Assembly (NCBI GenBank): GCA_963662615.2
Contig: CAXXSR010000001.1
Span: 1,696,001-1,760,000, forward strand
Length of the DNA stretch: 64,000 bases
Origin: Dehalococcoidia bacterium
GTDB lineage: Bacteria; Chloroflexota; Dehalococcoidia; Bin125
Direction: 5' to 3'
The notes below the pieces were generated by a model. The model was not told the origin of the DNA and made no database searches. It saw only the letters and a program-made list of their open reading frames with translations. Position 1 is the first letter of the stretch; each line of letters starts with the position of its first letter. A program made the position numbers and the translations under genes. Shown here one piece after another: positions 59,895 through 64,000 of this stretch.

Positions 59895-60131
59895 GTGGCC
59901 GTCTTCGAAATCGCCCGGGACAGTCGCGGCGGCACCTGGATTGAGCGTTGCACCTTGTGGGAGCAAGGAACGCGGTACTCCATGACGGTCGATACGTCCG
60001 ACTACCCCTACCCGCTGCGCAAGATGCAGGGGACATGGGGCGTGGAGGGAGTGGCGGATGGGAGCCGCATCAACATGCGGTTCGATTACGCCATGAAATA
60101 CGGACCGGTGGGCTGGATGCTGCAGTGCTAG
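59895..60131 (+). pseudogene. Fragment of an SRPBCC/polyketide-cyclase-like gene
   Basis: WIERCTLWEQGTRYSMTVD..YPYP..MQGTW..MRFDY matches the middle strands of SRPBCC proteins. The N-terminus and C-terminal helix are missing. Confidence 0.5.
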
Positions 60132-60161
60132 GATCGAGCGACCTCAGAATCGCCGGGAGAG

Positions 60162-61043
60162 ATGCGAATGAACACGACAGAGGAAGCGCCGAGCTTCACC
60201 CCCTCGCCCGAACTCTATCCGTTCACCTCTCGCCGATTCGACAGCTCCGTAGGCTCGGTCCACTTCATTGACGAAGGGAGCGGCCGTCCGATCCTGTTCC
60301 TCCACGGCAACCCCACCTGGAGCTTTCTTTACCGCCACATCATCAAGGAGCTGCGTGATGGCTTCCGTTGCGTGGCAGTGGATTACCCCGGCTTTGGGCT
60401 GTCGGTGCGCCCGCCCGGATACGGCTATACCCCGGCGGAGCACGCTGGGGTCGTTCGCGAGCTGGTCGATCATCTGAACCTTGAGGACTTCATCGTCATG
60501 GGTCAGGACTGGGGCGGGCCTATTGGACTGTCGATAGCCGCGTCGTCGCCCGAGCGTGTGCACGGCCTGGTCATGGGCAACACCTGGTTCTGGCCGGTAG
60601 ACACCCGAATGATCAAAACGTTCAGCGTGATCATGTCATCGGCGCCAATGCAGTGGGCCATCCTCAAGCGCAACTTCTTCGTCAAGCCAATGATGCCCAT
60701 GGCGATGTCGAGCAAGCTGTCGCGGCAAGAGATGGATCACTACCGCGCCGTGCAACCGTCGGAGGAGATGCGCAAGGGGGTGGCGGAGTTCCCGCGCCAG
60801 ATTCGAGCGTCGGGGCCGTGGCTCGCCGACCTGGCCGCGCGGGTCCCAGAGACGTTGGCGCAGAAGCCGCTCGTCTTGGTTTGGGGCATGCGAGATTTCG
60901 CGTTCAAGCCCAAGGCATTTCTGCCGCGGTGGCGGGAGACCTTTCGCGACGCCACGCTGGTGGAGCTACCGAAGGCCAAGCACTACATCCAGGAGGATGC
61001 GCCCGCGGAGATCGCCGGCGCGATCCGCGAGCGCTTCGGCTAG
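60162..61043 (+). CDS. Haloalkane dehalogenase-like alpha/beta hydrolase (HLD-III/OleB-like)
   Basis: HGNPTWSFLYR, nucleophile QDWGG, GNTW, WGMRD, KHYIQED. Confidence 0.85.
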   Translation: MRMNTTEEAPSFTPSPELYPFTSRRFDSSVGSVHFIDEGSGRPILFLHGNPTWSFLYRHIIKELRDGFRCVAVDYPGFGLSVRPPGYGYTPAEHAGVVRELVDHLNLEDFIVMGQDWGGPIGLSIAASSPERVHGLVMGNTWFWPVDTRMIKTFSVIMSSAPMQWAILKRNFFVKPMMPMAMSSKLSRQEMDHYRAVQPSEEMRKGVAEFPRQIRASGPWLADLAARVPETLAQKPLVLVWGMRDFAFKPKAFLPRWRETFRDATLVELPKAKHYIQEDAPAEIAGAIRERFG

Positions 61044-61151
61044 CCAGGTCGCCGGGCGTCGCCTCGACGGCCCGAGCGATTCCCTTCTGCGCAGTCGCGT
61101 GCAACCCACCGGGGCGACGAGGCGACGGTTGGTCGTGTTCACAGACGGGCC

Positions 61152-62564
61152 TCAGCCGCTGACGACCTCGGTGTCCGGCTGGAACGCCGCCCAGGCGAAC
61201 CAAAAGTGATCGGTGTGAACTTGGGCCTCCAGCTGAGCGCCGGCCAGCGGCCCCGCCACCGCCTCCCCAAAGATGTTCCAAATGGATCCGGTCTCCTCGT
61301 CGATGAAGGTCTGCTCGTCGTCTGGATTCGCCACGAAGCGGAGGAGCCGGCCGTTCACTTCGCGGGCGAAGACGCCCGTCGAGCCGACCTGACGACTCGT
61401 GTCGATGATGCCGCTCCCGAGCGACGTGGAGGCGCCGGGCGTCCAAAAGACGGCGATCTCCTTCCCCTTGCGCACGTCCTCGTAGACCCGCACCTGCGCC
61501 AGAAGGACGGAGGGATAGGCGACAAACTCATCGCCGAGGTCGAGCGTCACCACGCGCTCGAACGGGCTGAGCCGCGCATCCAACTCGCCGCGGAAAAGAA
61601 ACGGCTGCTGATCAATGCTGTCGTAACCAACGTAGGGATTCTGGCCGTAGCGGCCCTCCGCCGCGTAGCGCGGCTCGCTCAACCGGGACAGGACCAGCCC
61701 ATCCGGGAAGCTCTCGCGGAACTGCTTCCAGGAGACGATTCCGGCCGGGAGGATCGTCAGGCGGGCGCCCACCATGTCGCCCACGATCGCCTTGCCGCCG
61801 ATCTGCTGCCAGAGGCTCTCCGTCTGCCGATCCCACATCACGAGGTCGCTGAAACGGAGCAGGCCGGAGGTACCGAAATCGAGCGTCATCTCCCCGACCC
61901 GCCGGTCGAAGGCGATGGCGCTGTTGCAGAGAGGGCAGAACGTCACCGTGACCGGCACGCCCCCGACGACGTCGTTGACGATCTCATGCCAGGTAAGGAT
62001 GTCCAGACCGTAGGCGCGGACGTCACCGTTCAGCTCGAACTGGATCAGCGGAGAGTTGTCCACGTAGATCTCGTCCGCCGCCGCGACGTCGATGAACTTG
62101 GGGTCGTCCAGGGGGAGGATGCCGTCGCGCGGCGGCCCGCCCGCGAACAGCTCATCCAGCGCAATGATGTGGACGCCCCAGTTGGTCTTCCAGTCTTGGC
62201 TTGAACGCCCCGGGATGGCCTCTGGCGCTTCACGGATGATGCGGTCGCCATCCGGCGTGAATTCGGCATCCGCCGGAAGGAAGAGGAAGCGGTCGTCGTC
62301 GGCGCCGTCCGAAGACTCCTCGGGGCGCGCGGAGCCGACAGCTGTGTCGGCAGGCTCCGGTCGAGCGGGGGTCGCGGCCGGGTCTGGGATCTCGGGGCCC
62401 GGTATCGCCGTGTCTACCGCCCCCTCGTCCGCCGCTGGAGCGCTCTCCGGAGTCGCAGGTGCCCTCGTCCCGGAGGGATCGGCATCGCCGCTGGAGCCGC
62501 CGCAAGCCGCGGCCACGACTCCGATCGCCAGCAGGCCCCCGGCTACCAGGCGTCGAATCGGCAT
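61152..62564 (-). CDS. DUF3179 family lipoprotein
   Basis: Lipobox VAAAC, GGPPRDGI, WHEIVND, TFCPLC, FGTSGLL, DRQTESLWQQ, HFWFAW. Confidence 0.9.
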   Translation of the reverse strand: MPIRRLVAGGLLAIGVVAAACGGSSGDADPSGTRAPATPESAPAADEGAVDTAIPGPEIPDPAATPARPEPADTAVGSARPEESSDGADDDRFLFLPADAEFTPDGDRIIREAPEAIPGRSSQDWKTNWGVHIIALDELFAGGPPRDGILPLDDPKFIDVAAADEIYVDNSPLIQFELNGDVRAYGLDILTWHEIVNDVVGGVPVTVTFCPLCNSAIAFDRRVGEMTLDFGTSGLLRFSDLVMWDRQTESLWQQIGGKAIVGDMVGARLTILPAGIVSWKQFRESFPDGLVLSRLSEPRYAAEGRYGQNPYVGYDSIDQQPFLFRGELDARLSPFERVVTLDLGDEFVAYPSVLLAQVRVYEDVRKGKEIAVFWTPGASTSLGSGIIDTSRQVGSTGVFAREVNGRLLRFVANPDDEQTFIDEETGSIWNIFGEAVAGPLAGAQLEAQVHTDHFWFAWAAFQPDTEVVSG

Positions 62565-62773
62565 GCCGCAGCCCCCGCGCGGCGAATCGCCGCTCCTGAT
62601 CCAGGTACGACCCGCCCGGCCATCTGGACGCGCCAAATGAAGTTCAGGTCCCGTCAGCCGGAGACCGTGGCACGCCAGTACGAGCATGTAGATGCCGGTC
62701 ACTCCGACAAACAAGGCCACCCATTCCGCCCGCGCGAACGTCTCGGCGGCGGGTTCCACGATCCCGTCCAGGC

Positions 62774-64000
62774 TCACTCGCCCGCTCCGGCCGGCTCCGG
62801 CTCCGCAATGGTCACGTCAGGAAAGGCGCTGCGATAGGAAAACCAGTACGCCGTCCGCGTGGGTAGGGGAGTCAACTGCCGGCCTTGCAGGGCCCCATCG
62901 GTCGCGCGTCCAGCGAATGTCCACTCTGTGCCGGTCTCGCGGTCGCGGAACCCGTCCTCCGCCACGTCGAAGGTGAGGCGCTGCCCGTCAACGACCGGAT
63001 CGAAGGCGGCGCCGGTGGGGCCGTCCGCCGACGTGAAGACGACAACCGCGCGTCCGCCCACGTCATCGTTCACGGCCGCTGTGCCGAGCTGATTGAGGGG
63101 GTAGGCGCGCGACGCGGCGCCGACCTCCAGGCCCAAGACCAGCTCCGCCAAGTCCAGCCGCCTATCCGCCAGCACTTCTTCGGACACGGAGAAAGGGAGG
63201 CGCCCGGCGCTGACGATTTCGTCGTACTCCGCGAAGACGTCAACAGCGTAATTGCTGGGGAAGCCGGTGTTGTTGCTCAGAACCAGCGTGTCCGGATGCT
63301 CGCGCAGCCATGACGCCCACGGCATCATCACCGACGGCAACACCGTCAAGCGACTCCCGGTCAGCGGACCGATCACTGCCTTGCCAGCAACCTGGAACCA
63401 GTACGAGTTGGTTTGACGGTCGAACATGACCGCGTCGTTCTGATAAAGCGCGCTGGTATTGCCGAACGTCAGCCCCTCACCATCCACGACGCGGTCATAG
63501 ACCACAGCGCTGCGACACAGGGGACAGAAGGAGATCAGGACCGCGCGTCCGCCCAGCGTGTCATTCACGAACTCGTGGAATTGGAGAATGCCGATCGGAT
63601 AGGCGTAAGGGCGCCCGTCGTCGGCGACGTAGCCCAGCACGGTGGCTTCGTCCGGAAGATAAGAGGCTTCCTCCGCCGACACGTACTCAACCGTGCCCAC
63701 CTGCGCCTGCACCGATTCCGGGAGCAGATCGCGCGCCCCGTCCAGGGGCGGGATGACGTCGATAAGCGCGACGATCGTGGCCTCGTCGACCTCGGCCAGG
63801 GAGATCTTCGAACCGTTGAAGAGGTCGAACTCAATCTCCTCGAGATCGACGGAGCGGATGCTCGTGTCCAGGCCGGCGATGACGCCGCGACCGCCATCCG
63901 CGCGATCCTCGTCGGCTCCTTGCTCATCGGGAAGCCCTTGCTCATTCGGGAGCGTAGCGGGCGCTCCCGCGCCGTCCGCCGCGGACGGCGCTTCGACGGC
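62774..64000 (-). CDS. DUF3179 family protein, second paralog; 5' end lies outside the window
   Basis: The frame is open from 64000 to the stop at 62774. DVIPPLD, FHEFVND, SFCPLC, FGNTSALY, DRQTNSYWFQ, YWFSY. Confidence 0.88.
   Translation of the reverse strand, partial: AVEAPSAADGAGAPATLPNEQGLPDEQGADEDRADGGRGVIAGLDTSIRSVDLEEIEFDLFNGSKISLAEVDEATIVALIDVIPPLDGARDLLPESVQAQVGTVEYVSAEEASYLPDEATVLGYVADDGRPYAYPIGILQFHEFVNDTLGGRAVLISFCPLCRSAVVYDRVVDGEGLTFGNTSALYQNDAVMFDRQTNSYWFQVAGKAVIGPLTGSRLTVLPSVMMPWASWLREHPDTLVLSNNTGFPSNYAVDVFAEYDEIVSAGRLPFSVSEEVLADRRLDLAELVLGLEVGAASRAYPLNQLGTAAVNDDVGGRAVVVFTSADGPTGAAFDPVVDGQRLTFDVAEDGFRDRETGTEWTFAGRATDGALQGRQLTPLPTRTAYWFSYRSAFPDVTIAEPEPAGAGE

Noticed and set aside
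63565-63945. Apparent frameshift or separate ORF at the 5' end of the last DUF3179 gene
   Set aside because: The DUF3179 frame is open to 64000; the track simply began at the first internal start codon.
61152-64000. Selenocysteine in the DUF3179 genes
   Set aside because: Both have Cys codons in CPLC and no in-frame TGA in the visible part.

Overview
GC-rich bacterial chromosome segment with about 52 genes. The gene families (LAAAC-type lipoproteins with Pro/Ala linkers, an LLM monooxygenase, DUF3179 paralogs, multiple Liv-type binding proteins) suggest an aerobic heterotrophic Chloroflexota/Dehalococcoidia-like organism; this is inference. Housekeeping genes include dcd-ribD, an ECF sigma/anti-sigma pair, fba, lepB, pyrE, a PPi-type pfk, ada, a MesD-like methionine synthase, Grx-TrxR, menF-D-H-C and a cobalamin riboswitch with btuCD. 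Accessory loci are a DUF1537 kinase-pdxA2-propeller lipoprotein cluster, a GAF kinase/NarL/SDR/QueA-like module, a modular Liv-type ABC locus with three binding-protein paralogs, an LLM+lactonase pair inside the men operon, and an internally deleted IS6 element. Several genes carry single-base lesions (two frameshifts, one in-frame TAG, one ACG at a start position). I found no rRNA, tRNA or CRISPR array. The best candidates for an uncharacterised system are the QueA-like/SDR two-component module, the RibD-GNAT fusion and the LLM/lactonase cassette in the menaquinone operon.
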